A DNA stretch of 64,000 nt from assembly GCA_963805085.1 (NCBI GenBank), contig CAWDTA010000005.1, positions 1 through 64,000 on the forward strand, written 5' to 3'. Positions 1 to 10,521 of this stretch are shown in pieces. Position 1 is the stretch's first letter. Each line of letters starts with the position of its first letter. This DNA comes from an uncultured Veillonellaceae bacterium. GTDB lineage: Bacteria > Bacillota > Negativicutes > JARBTT01. The notes under the pieces are model-generated. The model saw only the letters and a list, made by a program, of their open reading frames with translations. It did not search any database and was not told the DNA's origin. A program made the position numbers and the translations under genes.

Positions 1-35
1 AGCTGACTGGTACTAATAGGTCGAGGGCTTGACTT
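1..35 (+). rRNA. rrl: 23S rRNA, 3' end (partial)
   Basis: GCTGACTGGTACTAATAGGTCGAGGGCTTGACTT matches the conserved 23S 3' terminus; followed by spacer and 5S. Confidence 0.9.
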
Positions 36-143
36 AAAAAAAGCCAGACATGCAAGCATGTCTAGATAAATAAAAGATAACTAAAATGCAAAGAATACAA
101 TAATAAAACTTCTGTTTAGTTTTCAGAGAATATCTCTGAAAGA

Positions 144-259
144 TCCAGTGATGATAGCTATAGGGTACCACCTGTTCCCATACCGAACACAGTAGTTAAG
201 CCTATACACGCCAATGATACTTGGGTGGAAACGCCCTGGGAAAGTAGGTAGTTGCTGGT
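144..259 (+). rRNA. rrf: 5S rRNA
   Basis: CACCTGTTCCCATACCGAACACAGTAGTTAAGC core; terminal CCAGTG/TGCTGG helix. Confidence 0.95.
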
Positions 260-264
260 TATAT

Positions 265-340
265 TCCTTGATAGCTCAGTTGGTAGAGCAATCGGCTGTT
301 AACCGATCGGTCGTAGGTTCGAGTCCTACTCAAGGAGCCA
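265..340 (+). tRNA. tRNA-Asn(GTT)
   Basis: Cloverleaf, anticodon loop CTGTTAA, TTCGAGT T-loop, encoded CCA. Confidence 0.95.
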
Positions 341-343
341 AAT

Positions 344-419
344 TGGGGCGTAGCCAAGTCGGTAAGGCACGGGACTTTGACTCCCGCATGCGTTGGTTCG
401 AGTCCAGCCGCCCCAGCCA
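344..419 (+). tRNA. tRNA-Gln(TTG)
   Basis: Anticodon loop CTTTGAC, encoded CCA. Confidence 0.95.
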
Positions 420-426
420 TTTATAT

Positions 427-502
427 GATCCACTAGCTCAGTTGGTAGAGCACCTGACTTTTAATCAGGGTGTCCCGCGTTCGAGTCGCGGGTGGGTCAC
501 CA
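427..502 (+). tRNA. tRNA-Lys(TTT)
   Basis: Anticodon loop CTTTTAA, encoded CCA. Confidence 0.95.
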
Positions 503-509
503 TTTTTAC

Positions 510-583
510 GGCCCGTTGGTCAAGCGGTTAAGACACCGCCCTTTCACGGCGGTTCACGGGTTCGAATCCCGTACGGGTCACCA
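510..583 (+). tRNA. tRNA-Glu(TTC)
   Basis: Anticodon loop CTTTCAC, encoded CCA; variable region only 3 nt. Confidence 0.9.
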
Positions 584-679
584 AAAGTAGAGAACCAAAA
601 TCTGAAAGGATTTTGTGTGAATTGCTTTGTTCCAAGCGATAGCGAGGAACGTCAGTTTTTCACTTAGTTATTTTTATAC

Positions 680-755
<76 letters not shown>

Positions 756-760
756 TATAT

Positions 761-836
761 GGCCTGGTAGTTTAGTGGTTAGAATGCCGCCCTGTCACGG
801 CGGAGGTCGTGGGTTCAAGTCCCATCCGGGTCGCCA
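761..836 (+). tRNA. tRNA-Asp(GTC)
   Basis: Anticodon loop CTGTCAC, encoded CCA. Confidence 0.95.
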
Positions 837-840
837 TTAT

Positions 841-916
<76 letters not shown>

Positions 917-922
917 TTCTTC

Positions 923-998
<76 letters not shown>

Positions 999-1005
999 TG
1001 TTTAT

Positions 1006-1079
1006 GCGGGTGTAGCTCAATGGTAGAGCCCTAGCCTTCCAAGCTAGCCACGTGAGTTCGATTCTCATCACCCGCTCCA
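1006..1079 (+). tRNA. tRNA-Gly(TCC)
   Basis: Anticodon loop CTTCCAA, encoded CCA. Confidence 0.95.
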
Positions 1080-1089
1080 AAAATGTATT

Positions 1090-1178
1090 GCCGGGGTGGC
1101 GGAACTGGCAGACGCACGGGACTTAAAATCCCGCGGATAGTAATATCCGTACCGGTTCGATTCCGGTCCTCGGCACCA
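1090..1178 (+). tRNA. tRNA-Leu(TAA)
   Basis: Long variable arm, anticodon loop CTTAAAA, encoded CCA. Confidence 0.95.
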
Positions 1179-1230
1179 TTTTAAAAATACGTGGTTGTTT
1201 TTAAAATGGTGTTGTTTTATTTCTTAACAC

Positions 1231-1314
1231 GCGGTTGTGGCGGAACGGCAGACGCGCCATCTTGAGGGGGTGGTAAGGCAACTTGTGTGGGTTCAAATCC
1301 CATCAACCGCACCA
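1231..1314 (+). tRNA. tRNA-Leu(GAG)
   Basis: Anticodon loop TTGAGGG, variable arm, encoded CCA. Confidence 0.93.
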
Positions 1315-1325
1315 TTTAAAAATCA

Positions 1326-1357
1326 GGGTTCTAGCGATTTTAGCTAGAGCTTTTTTG
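1326..1357 (+). terminator. Intrinsic terminator of the rrn/tRNA transcript
   Basis: GGTTCTAGC-GATTTTA-GCTAGAGCT followed by a T tract. Confidence 0.8.
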
Positions 1358-1575
1358 CTTTACAGCAATAAACTGTTGGTTTAATTTAAGACCAACAGTT
1401 TATTTTTTAGATTCTATATTAAATTATGTATTTGAATATATTCAGTAGTCAATTAGTAACTGACAAAGGAATTGCTTAGATCTTGAATGCTTATCTATAT
1501 AAATTTAGCGTTATCAATAAATTGATTTATTGATAGCGCTAAATTATGGAGATGATAAGATTTTAATGCTGAGAG

Positions 1576-1788
1576 CTAAAAGCAAGATGCTTTCTGTAGT
1601 GGGCTATAGCCACAAGAACCACATTGAGGAACTTGTGGAAATGAATTACATGTTTCGCGTTTAAATGTATCAAGAGGCCGTCCTGAATCGCCACTAAAGA
1701 TACCTACTGTTTCAGTGCTTACCGTAACGTCGCTTTTACATTTATCACATGAATATTTCTTATTTGTTTGATTAATTACTGTTTGCAT
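1576..1788 (-). CDS. Small hypothetical protein with CxxC pairs (possible Zn ribbon)
   Basis: AGGAGG RBS upstream; CDKC and CGSC motifs. Confidence 0.6.
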   Translation of the reverse strand: MQTVINQTNKKYSCDKCKSDVTVSTETVGIFSGDSGRPLDTFKRETCNSFPQVPQCGSCGYSPLQKASCF

Positions 1789-2127
1789 GATAGAAACCTC
1801 CTGTTATTTGATACATTGTTGATAGTTCGACAATATGAATAAAATACCTATCAATATTGTCGAATTATACTGTATACATTTAGTAGGTAAAATATGCAAA
1901 ATAGTATCTGTTTTGTAAAGTATTTAATTAAAGTAGTATGTTCTACTATGGAAGAAATTAATTTACTGCTAGATTCTATTATGGAATATGGTACATATCG
2001 ATTGAATCTATCTACTTCGACAATAAAATAAAACTATTTAGTACTAGTATAATAAAAAAACATATTTACATAATCAAGATATGGATGTATAATAAAGCTT
2101 ATGTATTATATTTACATTTAGATTTAA

Positions 2128-2211
2128 GCGGTTGTGGCGGAACGGCAGACGCGCCATCTTCAGGCGGTGGTGAGGCGACTCGTGTGGGTTCAAATCCCAT
2201 CAACCGCACCA
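2128..2211 (+). tRNA. tRNA-Leu(CAG), paralog of the tRNA-Leu(GAG) gene
   Basis: Near-identical to 1231-1314, anticodon loop TTCAGGC, encoded CCA; followed by the same terminator (2229-2260). Confidence 0.92.
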
Positions 2212-2481
2212 GTAAGTAATACTATTAGTGGCTCTAGCGATTTTAGCTAGAGCCTTTTTTGTTATTTCTACAGTAACTGTAAAAATTGATATCGTGCATA
2301 ATAGAGCATCCCATAATGTGTGTGGCTTTTTATATTGGTATCATCCAACGCTGATCCACGTGTAGATTCTAAAATATCTCTTAAATGATATATTTTAGAA
2401 AAAATTTTCTACATATAGCAGGAGATGGAAAATAAATGTGGAAGTGGTTTCCAATACCGATTATAAAAACAGGAGGAAAAT

Positions 2482-3084
2482 ATGATGATTTTTCTTTTTA
2501 TTCTTTTGGTTATTGGTTTGATTGGATTTATTTTTAATAGGAGGCATCGAATGAGCCTGATCGAGAAGCAAAAAAATATTATTGATCAATACTTATATAG
2601 GTTGAGACATTTTATCGCATTTAAACAATATGTAGGAATGGATGGATGCTCTGGTATTGCGATTGATAAAAACCGAAAACAAATTTGTCTTGTTAATAAT
2701 AAAAATGGAATAGTTAAGGGAAAAATAATTGTTTATAAGGATCTTGTATCTTCTGAAATAGTAGAGGATGGTAAAAATATAGCGCTGCATATTGTAACTA
2801 GGGATATAGAGCAGCCTAAACACATTGTTAATTTTATAGATATTCAAATAAAAGAAGATAATTCTTTATACAAAATTGCTATAGCGCAAGCACAATATTG
2901 GTATAATTTAATGAGTACAATAATTAATCAGGTTCAAGAGGATGAAAAACTTTCAAAAAAAAGTATTACTGAAACTCCAGCAGTATCTGTTACCCATTAA
3001 CTTAGTAACTTTGCTCAAATGTTGAAATTTGAGTTAATTACAATGAAGAAATTAATGTATATAAGACTATCTGTTAGATATTTA
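2482..3084 (+). pseudogene. Membrane-anchored protein whose C-terminal SHOCT-like tail is cut by a stop and a frameshift (ORF 2482-3000)
   Basis: N-terminal TM helix; after TAA at 2998-3000 the frame continues LSNFAQMLKFELIT, then NEEINVYKT after a frameshift, resembling a SHOCT domain. Confidence 0.55.
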
Positions 3085-3128
3085 GTCATTACATTTATAT
3101 AGATACAATAGACATTTGTTGAGATTTA

Positions 3129-3186
3129 AAATCCCATCAACTTCACCAGTATAATGGTTCTAGCAATTTTATCTAGAGCCTTTTTT
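3129..3186 (+). repeat. Degenerate 3' fragment of tRNA-Leu plus terminator (att-like scar)
   Basis: AAATCCCATCAACttCACCA followed by GGTTCTAGCAATTTTATCTAGAGCCTTTTTT, matching the ends of both tRNA-Leu paralogs. Confidence 0.75.
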
Positions 3187-3588
3187 ATTGTTTAGCTTAT
3201 CAAGAATGAGACGAACCTGTTTATGTGCTTTAAGGATATCTTCATTTAAGGAGAGTGCGTTATTATTTGGCAAGTCCTTCGCTACGGATAGGTGATGTAA
3301 GGCATTTTCTAAAGCATTCTCTAATTCACTGTTATCGTGCAGTAATACTCCCTCACATTTGATGATATCGTCTAATTGTTTTATCGTAGCGCATTGTAAA
3401 TCTGTAATAAAACTACCGTCTACAGCGTATAAGCCTACATACATTTCTTCATTATCGTTAGGTAACCCCGTGCCGCCTTTGTCGGTTAGCCGTATAGATT
3501 TACCATTTTTGAATGTATAAAAATATGCTTGGCAGTTACCGACAGTATCCATTATTTTAAAACCTTTAGATTTTAGATAGTTATCCAT
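3169..3588 (-). CDS. Hypothetical protein
   Basis: 139-aa ORF with AAGGAGG RBS; no motif recognised. Confidence 0.65.
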   Translation of the reverse strand: MDNYLKSKGFKIMDTVGNCQAYFYTFKNGKSIRLTDKGGTGLPNDNEEMYVGLYAVDGSFITDLQCATIKQLDDIIKCEGVLLHDNSELENALENALHHLSVAKDLPNNNALSLNEDILKAHKQVRLILDKLNNKKGSR

Positions 3589-3613
3589 TATAAATCCTCC
3601 TTAAATTTGTCTG

Positions 3614-3721
3614 GGAATATCAATTGCTCGCGAACTTAATATGCTTACCAAAATGGTGAAATTTGAACTGGTCACTAATGAAGAAGTTAATATATATAAG
3701 GCTAAGGTGTTAAAGAGTTAG
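3614..3721 (+). pseudogene. Orphan SHOCT-like fragment
   Basis: Reads GISIARELNMLTKMVKFELVTNEEVNIYKAKVLKS*; DNA is a diverged repeat of about 2990-3120. Confidence 0.55.
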
Positions 3722-4032
3722 TCTCTACATCTATATATATACAATAGGCACTCTGTTGTGCGGCTGTCAAGCAAAACAAGTAGACATAACTATATATTAC
3801 CATATATTACATCTTTATAGCCCCTTCTATTTATTATAAAATATAAAAAGAGCTATATGATTTAATCCTAGTAATTTAAGATGAATATAGGAGGTTAGTG
3901 ATTGAAAGAAATACTGATTTTAATTATTTTGGATTAAACGGTAAATTATAATCATAAAACTGATAAATTAATAATAACAAAGCTTACAGGCTATTAGTTT
4001 GTAAGCTTTGTTATTGTGCCTAGACAGTTAAT

Positions 4033-4080
4033 AAGGGGCGTCGCCAGCGATAAATTAATATCGCTGGCGACGCCCCTTTC
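4033..4080. terminator. Strong GC-rich hairpin (terminator of the minus-strand gene)
   Basis: AAGGGGCGTCGCCAGCGATA...TATCGCTGGCGACGCCCCTT perfect inverted repeat. Confidence 0.75.
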
Positions 4081-4105
4081 ATTTAAAAAGTGCTATAGGT
4101 GTTTG

Positions 4106-4660
4106 TTATTTGTATAGTTTGAAATTATGATGATCTGGATGCCAACCATTGTCGCCAATGTGGATTTCTCTACGAGGAACTGGACGCCCATCTATAAATA
4201 AATCGAAGTCAACATAGCTTGCATCTTTGATCCGGAAATTAAGTCCATCTGATCCCCCGGAAGTATTAAATTTAAAATGGATCTTATCATTATCTAAGCC
4301 TACTTCACGCCCGCCAAATGAGAAATGCCTGTCACTGTCTCCGTCAGAAAACTTAAACCATGCATTTTCTCGGGTATCGGAGTAGAATTTAAAACTGTCT
4401 CCATCCTCTAAATGATGACCTTTGACACTATAGAGCCTTCCATCTGTATGAATTACGCCACTAAAAACATGTTCTCGACCGAGTGTTGTTGTCCATATGT
4501 GAAAGCCATGGTCATCGTGCCATATGTAGTATCCTTTTGGTCCCCCATTAACAAATTGGTCAGGTTTGCCCTCTATGCTTGGTGACCAAGCAAATGCACT
4601 TCCAGTAAAAGCTATTAAAAACATAGCGAGCAATATACTAATTAATCCTTTTTTCTTCAT
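4106..4660 (-). CDS. Secreted/periplasmic hypothetical protein
   Basis: Sec signal MKKKGLISILLAMFLIAFTGSAFA; beta-rich mature part. Confidence 0.8.
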   Translation of the reverse strand: MKKKGLISILLAMFLIAFTGSAFAWSPSIEGKPDQFVNGGPKGYYIWHDDHGFHIWTTTLGREHVFSGVIHTDGRLYSVKGHHLEDGDSFKFYSDTRENAWFKFSDGDSDRHFSFGGREVGLDNDKIHFKFNTSGGSDGLNFRIKDASYVDFDLFIDGRPVPRREIHIGDNGWHPDHHNFKLYK

Positions 4661-4757
4661 CCTAGGTTACACCACCCTTATTATTGTCATTCTTAATATA
4701 AATTAATACTATGACAAATTTGTGACAATCAAAGTATTATCAAAAATTCGATGTCAA

Positions 4758-5657
4758 TCAAGGGTGTTCTAATTTTTGTATATTCTGCTCGGCTAATGCA
4801 ATAAATTTATGCACAAGTGGAGAGCTCTCATCATTTCGCCATACTAAAGCTGTTTTAAGAGTTGTTCCTGGGTTTTTTAAATGACGATATGTAATACCAT
4901 TTATCCGAAGTGTTTGGATTGAATCAGGCACTAGTGCAATTCCCATTCCAGCGGCAACCAGTGATATAGAGGTATTTAATTCATACACTTCCGGTCCAAT
5001 ATTAGGACTAAATCCAGCGCTGTGGCAAATGTTAATTATGGTATCGTAGTAAACTTGCCCCGCTTTCCTTGGAATCATAATAAATGACTCTTTCGATAAT
5101 TCTTGTACTTCAATAGGATCTGATTTTGACGCTAAGGGATGATTTTTTGGCATAGCAAGGATGAAGGATTGCTGGTGAATGACCTTAAAAATTAATCCAG
5201 AGTTTTCGACTGGGACATAGAGTATGCCAATATCAATTTCTCCATTTAATAATGATTGAATTTGGTCTGTAGTATTCAATTGAAGTACTACTAAGTTAAT
5301 TAACGGAAATTTTGTTCGATAAGGTTGTAATAGATTTGGAAGGATGCCAAAAGTAGCTGCTCCAGTAAATCCCACGACGATCTTGCCTAGTTCTCCCCTA
5401 TGTGTTCTTTGTGCCGCATCACATGCTTTTTCGATGTCATTAAGAATCTTGTAAACACTTTCGAGAAATATCTTCCCAGCGGCTGATAGTTCAACTTGGC
5501 GTTTATTTCTATAAAATAATTGGACACCTAATTCGTCCTCTAATTGGTGAATTTGCTGACTAAGGGGAGGTTGAGCCATGTTTAGACGGTCGGCAGCTCT
5601 AGTAAAATGTAATTCTTCTGCAACAACCACAAAATATTTTAAATGGCGCAACTCCAT
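4758..5657 (-). CDS. LysR-family transcriptional regulator (AlsR/BudR-like)
   Basis: MELRHLKYF...HFTRAADRLNMAQPPLSQQIHQLE HTH; divergent from adc. Confidence 0.95.
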   Translation of the reverse strand: MELRHLKYFVVVAEELHFTRAADRLNMAQPPLSQQIHQLEDELGVQLFYRNKRQVELSAAGKIFLESVYKILNDIEKACDAAQRTHRGELGKIVVGFTGAATFGILPNLLQPYRTKFPLINLVVLQLNTTDQIQSLLNGEIDIGILYVPVENSGLIFKVIHQQSFILAMPKNHPLASKSDPIEVQELSKESFIMIPRKAGQVYYDTIINICHSAGFSPNIGPEVYELNTSISLVAAGMGIALVPDSIQTLRINGITYRHLKNPGTTLKTALVWRNDESSPLVHKFIALAEQNIQKLEHP

Positions 5658-5833
5658 AAAAATTTTCCTCCTTTTGTATTTATTATATTTATTAAGTATG
5701 TATCTATTATAAATTATATATTGGACTCAATCTACCTTTTTTTGTATACTAATTCCATAGATACAATAAAAAACCATATAAAGACAAAAAATAGTATGGT
5801 TAAACTATTTTTGTACCAGAAAGGATGATTCGC

Positions 5834-6577
5834 ATGTTAAAAAGTGAGGTTTCTAAGTGTTTTACAACGCCGTTAACGAGTCCAGCTTTTCCAAAGACTA
5901 CTTATAGGTTTAGCAACCGGGAGTATCTAAATATCATTTATCGTACAGATTTATCGGCGTTGCGTAAGGTAGTTCCAGAACCACTAGAAATTATAGATCC
6001 ATTAGTTCGATTTGAAGTTATGCGTATGCCAGATGTGACCGGACTGGGATCTTATACTGAAAGTGGTCAGGCAATAGCAGTACGTTTTAATGGAGAAGAA
6101 GGTGACTATTTACATGCTATGTATTTAGATAATCTTCCAGCCATTGCATTTGGGCGGGAAGTAAGTGCTTTTCCTAAATTATTAGGAGCACCAAAATTAT
6201 ATGTTGATAATGATACTTTAGTAGGTACGCTTGATTATGGTTCGTTACGTGTAGCGACTGCAACAATGGGGTATAAGCATTTTCCACTTGACCCAACAAA
6301 GGCTTTTGATGAAATTAGCCGACCTACTTTTATGATAAAGATAATGCGAGGGTATACTGGTGAACCAAAAATTTGTGAACTTGTTCGTACACAGACTACG
6401 GATATCACCATACATGGTGCATGGAAAGGTCCTGCACGATTACAATTATTCGCGCATGCTCTTGCGCCATTGTCAGATTTGCCAGTGTTAGAGGTTATTA
6501 GTGCATCTCACATTCTAACGGATTTAACACTAGCGCCTGTAAAAGTGGTCTATGATTACTTGAAAGAAGAACAATAA
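5834..6577 (+). CDS. adc: Acetoacetate decarboxylase
   Basis: FSNREYLNIIYRTD, GLGSYTESGQAI, GREVSAFPK (Schiff-base Lys115), GAWKGPARLQLF as in clostridial Adc. Confidence 0.9.
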   Translation: MLKSEVSKCFTTPLTSPAFPKTTYRFSNREYLNIIYRTDLSALRKVVPEPLEIIDPLVRFEVMRMPDVTGLGSYTESGQAIAVRFNGEEGDYLHAMYLDNLPAIAFGREVSAFPKLLGAPKLYVDNDTLVGTLDYGSLRVATATMGYKHFPLDPTKAFDEISRPTFMIKIMRGYTGEPKICELVRTQTTDITIHGAWKGPARLQLFAHALAPLSDLPVLEVISASHILTDLTLAPVKVVYDYLKEEQ

Positions 6578-6631
6578 ATGTAAAAATGTTAATAAAATCT
6601 TTAGCATTTGTTGAAATCACGGAGGTTAGGT

Positions 6632-7288
6632 ATGAAAAACAAACAATTAAACATTCAACAAGTAGGCGAGTATTTCAAAGATGGTATGACAGTAATGGTT
6701 GGCGGTTTTCTAGGAGTTGGTACACCGGAAAGACTGGTTAATGCTATTATTGACAAAGGGATCAAGGATATTACTTTAATTACAAATGATACGGCTTTGC
6801 CGGATAAAGGGGTGGGAAAGCTCATTGTCAATCGGCATGTGAAAAAAGTTGTTGCTTCTCACATTGGCACTAATCCTGAAACCGGTAAACAAATGATTGC
6901 CAAGGAATTAGATGTGGAACTTGTACCACAAGGAACACTGGCAGAAAGAATTCGCTGTGGAGGGTCAGGATTAGGCGGTGTGCTTACACCAACCGGTGTA
7001 GGAACTATTGTGGAAGAAAATAAACAAAAAATCTGTGTTGATGGTAAGGTGTATCTTTTAGAAAAACCACTACACGCTGATATAGCTTTGATCAAAGCGA
7101 AAAAAGCAGATAAAGCAGGAAATATAATTTATGATAAAGCAGCACGAAATTTCAATCCCATAATGGCAATGGCTGCTGATATTGTGATTGCTGAAGTAAA
7201 TGAATTAGTTGAAATTGGTGAAATTGTGTCAGACGAAGTTATGACTATTGGTGTGTTAGTAGATAAATTTATTTGTGTGGAGGATTGA
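6632..7288 (+). CDS. ctfA: Acetoacetyl-CoA:acetate/butyrate CoA-transferase subunit A
   Basis: [39 protein letters not shown]. Confidence 0.92.
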   Translation: MKNKQLNIQQVGEYFKDGMTVMVGGFLGVGTPERLVNAIIDKGIKDITLITNDTALPDKGVGKLIVNRHVKKVVASHIGTNPETGKQMIAKELDVELVPQGTLAERIRCGGSGLGGVLTPTGVGTIVEENKQKICVDGKVYLLEKPLHADIALIKAKKADKAGNIIYDKAARNFNPIMAMAADIVIAEVNELVEIGEIVSDEVMTIGVLVDKFICVED

Positions 7289-7290
7289 TA

Positions 7291-7947
7291 ATGATGAAAG
7301 CTAAAGAGCGGATTGCAAGACGCGTAGCTATGGAATTAAAGGATGGTGATGTTGTTAATTTGGGAATTGGCCTACCGACAATGGTGGCAAATTATATACC
7401 GAAGGGTATAAATGTAATGTTGGAGTCTGAGAATGGCTTTATCGGTTTGGGAGCTGTCGGAGAAAGTACGGATCCTAATCTTGTCAATGCGGGTGGTCAG
7501 CCGTGTGGTATTATTCCTGGTGGGGCTATGTTTGACAGTGCAATGTCTTTTGCTCTTATTCGCGGCGGACATGTGGATGTTACTGTACTTGGTGGGTTGC
7601 AGATAGATCAGAAGGGGAATCTGGCCAATTGGATGATTCCTGGGAAAATGATACCTGGTATGGGCGGGGCTATGGATTTAGTAATTGGTGCAAAGAAGGT
7701 CATTGTTGCAATGGAACATTGCAGTAAAGATGGTTCTGCAAAAATTTTAAAGTGTTGTAATCTACCACTTACGGGTAAGGGCGTTGTTGATCTAATTGTC
7801 ACTGAACTCGGCGTATTTCGCGTGACTGAAAAAGGAATTTTAATTGAGGAGATTACTCCTGGGGTTACTATTGAAACAGTGAAAAGTAAAACAGAAGCTG
7901 ATTTGATTGTTAGTGATCATTTAATTTATATGAAGGATGTCTCATAA
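7291..7947 (+). CDS. ctfB: CoA-transferase subunit B
   Basis: VNLGIGLPT, catalytic [13 protein letters not shown]. Confidence 0.92.
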   Translation: MMKAKERIARRVAMELKDGDVVNLGIGLPTMVANYIPKGINVMLESENGFIGLGAVGESTDPNLVNAGGQPCGIIPGGAMFDSAMSFALIRGGHVDVTVLGGLQIDQKGNLANWMIPGKMIPGMGGAMDLVIGAKKVIVAMEHCSKDGSAKILKCCNLPLTGKGVVDLIVTELGVFRVTEKGILIEEITPGVTIETVKSKTEADLIVSDHLIYMKDVS

Positions 7948-8200
7948 AATAGAATAAGAAAAACTTAGAACTCAATGTGTTTTGCCATCAAAGTATATCT
8001 GGTAAATACTTAATAAACTTTGTATGCAACAAAGTTTATTAAGTATAAGAATGACCCTCTTTTGATTTCAAACAAGTAGAGGAGGCCATTAGTGCTCGTA
8101 TTAAACTTAAAAAGTGCTTACAAATATTTATTCATTAAACTATTGTTTAATGAAAAGTGAAAAAATTAACATAAATATATATCATATGGAGGTCATTGAA

Positions 8201-9382
8201 ATGAGAGAAGTCGTTATTGCAAGTGCAGTACGTACTGTTATTGGTAATTTTCACGGTGTATTAACATCTTTTTCTGCTAATGAATTGGGGGCAGCGGTAA
8301 TCAAAGAAGCTGTATCCCGTGCCGGTATAAAACCAGAAAATGTCGAAGAGGTGATATTTGGTAACTCAGTGCAGGCTGGCCAAGGTCCAAATCCGGCTCG
8401 TGAGTCAAGCATCAAGGCAGGATTACCAGTAGAAACAACAGCCTTTACGGTAAATAAATTGTGTGGTTCTGGTCTGAAAAGTGTTAACCTTGCAGCGCAG
8501 GCAATTATGGCTGGAGATGCTGATATTATTGTTGCAGGTGGCATGGAAAGTATGACGAATGCACCTTTTCTTTTAAATAACAAAGCTAGATGGGGTTATC
8601 GTATGGGGAATAGTGAAGTACTAGATAGCTTATTTCAAGATGCTTTGTGGTGTGCGTTTACTGACTATCACATGGGTGTAACTGCTGAAAATATTGCGGA
8701 AAAATATGGCATTACGCGTGAGGAACAGGATCAGATGGCTGCTGAATCACAGAAAAAAGCCGTTACCGCAATTGCAAGTGGTGCTTTTAAAAAAGAAATT
8801 TTGCCGCTAATTATAAAATCTAAAAAAGGTGAAACAATTGTCGATACCGATGAATTCCCTCGTCCAGACACTACTGTGGAGAAATTATCAAAACTAATGC
8901 CTGCTTTTAAGAAAAATGGGACTGTTACTGCTGGTAATTCTTCAGGAATCAATGATGGTGCCGCTGCTTTAGTCGTGATGTCAGCCGAAAAAGCCAAAGA
9001 GCTTGGCATTAAACCAATGGCTCGTATTTGTGCCTACGCTTCCGGAGGGGTTGAGCCTAGTCTTATGGGGTTGGGTCCTATACCTGCTACTCGTAAGGCA
9101 TTGGCTAAAGTTGGTCTTACCGTAAATGATATGGATCTGATTGAGGCGAATGAAGCATTTGCAGCACAGTTTCTGGCAGTAGGTAGGGAACTCGGATTTA
9201 GGAAGGAAAATGTAAATATTCATGGTGGTGCAGTTGCTCTTGGGCATCCGCTAGGCGCTAGCGGCGCGCGTATTTTGGTAACACTACTGCATTCTATGGA
9301 ACAAAAAAACGCCAAACTTGGTCTGGCTACTTTGTGCATAGGTGGCGGTCAAGGCGCAGCAACTATTGTTGAAAGAATGTAA
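8201..9382 (+). CDS. thlA: Acetyl-CoA acetyltransferase (thiolase)
   Basis: [27 protein letters not shown]. Confidence 0.95.
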   Translation: MREVVIASAVRTVIGNFHGVLTSFSANELGAAVIKEAVSRAGIKPENVEEVIFGNSVQAGQGPNPARESSIKAGLPVETTAFTVNKLCGSGLKSVNLAAQAIMAGDADIIVAGGMESMTNAPFLLNNKARWGYRMGNSEVLDSLFQDALWCAFTDYHMGVTAENIAEKYGITREEQDQMAAESQKKAVTAIASGAFKKEILPLIIKSKKGETIVDTDEFPRPDTTVEKLSKLMPAFKKNGTVTAGNSSGINDGAAALVVMSAEKAKELGIKPMARICAYASGGVEPSLMGLGPIPATRKALAKVGLTVNDMDLIEANEAFAAQFLAVGRELGFRKENVNIHGGAVALGHPLGASGARILVTLLHSMEQKNAKLGLATLCIGGGQGAATIVERM

Positions 9383-9426
9383 CTGTTACCCTATATTAAT
9401 ACGCAGCGATAAAGGGAGGCTTATTT

Positions 9427-10488
9427 ATGAAAGGTTTTGCAATGTTAGGCATCAATAAATTGGGATGGATTGAAAAGGAAAAACCAGTAGCAGGACCATA
9501 TGATGCTATTGTGCGTCCGTTAGCAGTATCTCCTTGCACTTCCGACATACATACTGTTTTCGAAGGGGCAATTGGAGAAAGGCATAATTTGATTTTAGGT
9601 CATGAAGCTGTGGGGGAAATTACTGAAGTTGGCAGTAAGGTTATTGATTTCAAAATAGGTGACCGAGTAGTCATACCAGCCATTACTCCTGAGTGGAGAT
9701 CGATAGAAGTGCAAGGTGGATTCCCACAGCATTCCAAAGGTATGCTTGCAGGGTGGAAATTCTCAAATAGTAAGGATGGCGTATTTAGTGAATACTTTCA
9801 TGTAAATGATGCGGATATGAATTTGGCTCTGCTTCCTGATGAAATTTCTTTGGAAAGTGCTGTAATGATTACTGATATGATGACTACCGGCTTTCATGGC
9901 GCCGAATTGGCAGATATTTCATTGGGATCGAGTGTAGTCGTAATTGGTATCGGAGCAGTTGGATTAATGGCAATAGCAGGTGCAAGATTGCGTGGTGCTG
10001 GTAGAATTATTGGTGTTGGCAGCAGACCGATTTCTGTGGAGGTCGCAAAAGACTATGGTGCAACTGATATTGTCAACTACAAAAATGGAGATATTGTGCA
10101 GCAAATTATGGATTTGACTCATGGCAAAGGCGTGGATCGCATCATTATTGCAGGCGGTAATGTCGATACATTAGCACAAGCCATATCTTTGGTGAAACCT
10201 GGCGGTGTAGTGGCCAATGTCAACTATCATGGCAGTGGAGAGTTTCTCCCCATACCACGTATCGAATGGGGTTGCGGCATGGCGCACAAGACGATCAAAG
10301 GCGGTCTTTGTCCAGGCGGACGTCTTAGAATGGAAAGGTTAATTGATTTGGTAAAATACAATCGCGTTGATGTAAGCAAGTTAGTTACTCATGTCTTCAA
10401 AGGCTTTGAAAGTATAGAGGAAGCTTTGTTATTAATGAAAGAGAAAAACAAAGGTTTAATTAAGCCAGTAGTTATTATGGAAAAATAG
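9427..10488 (+). CDS. adh: NADP-dependent secondary alcohol (isopropanol) dehydrogenase
   Basis: MKGFAMLGINKLGWIEKE, PCTSDIH, GHE, TDMMTTG, GSRP NADP signature; closely resembles the C. beijerinckii secondary ADH. Confidence 0.92.
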   Translation: MKGFAMLGINKLGWIEKEKPVAGPYDAIVRPLAVSPCTSDIHTVFEGAIGERHNLILGHEAVGEITEVGSKVIDFKIGDRVVIPAITPEWRSIEVQGGFPQHSKGMLAGWKFSNSKDGVFSEYFHVNDADMNLALLPDEISLESAVMITDMMTTGFHGAELADISLGSSVVVIGIGAVGLMAIAGARLRGAGRIIGVGSRPISVEVAKDYGATDIVNYKNGDIVQQIMDLTHGKGVDRIIIAGGNVDTLAQAISLVKPGGVVANVNYHGSGEFLPIPRIEWGCGMAHKTIKGGLCPGGRLRMERLIDLVKYNRVDVSKLVTHVFKGFESIEEALLLMKEKNKGLIKPVVIMEK

Positions 10489-10521
10489 TTTAAAAAAATA
10501 TTGCATTATGCAGTAGGTAGA

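Noticed and set aside
214-667. ORFs 214-531 and 470-667
   Set aside because: They lie over the 5S and tRNA genes; spurious.
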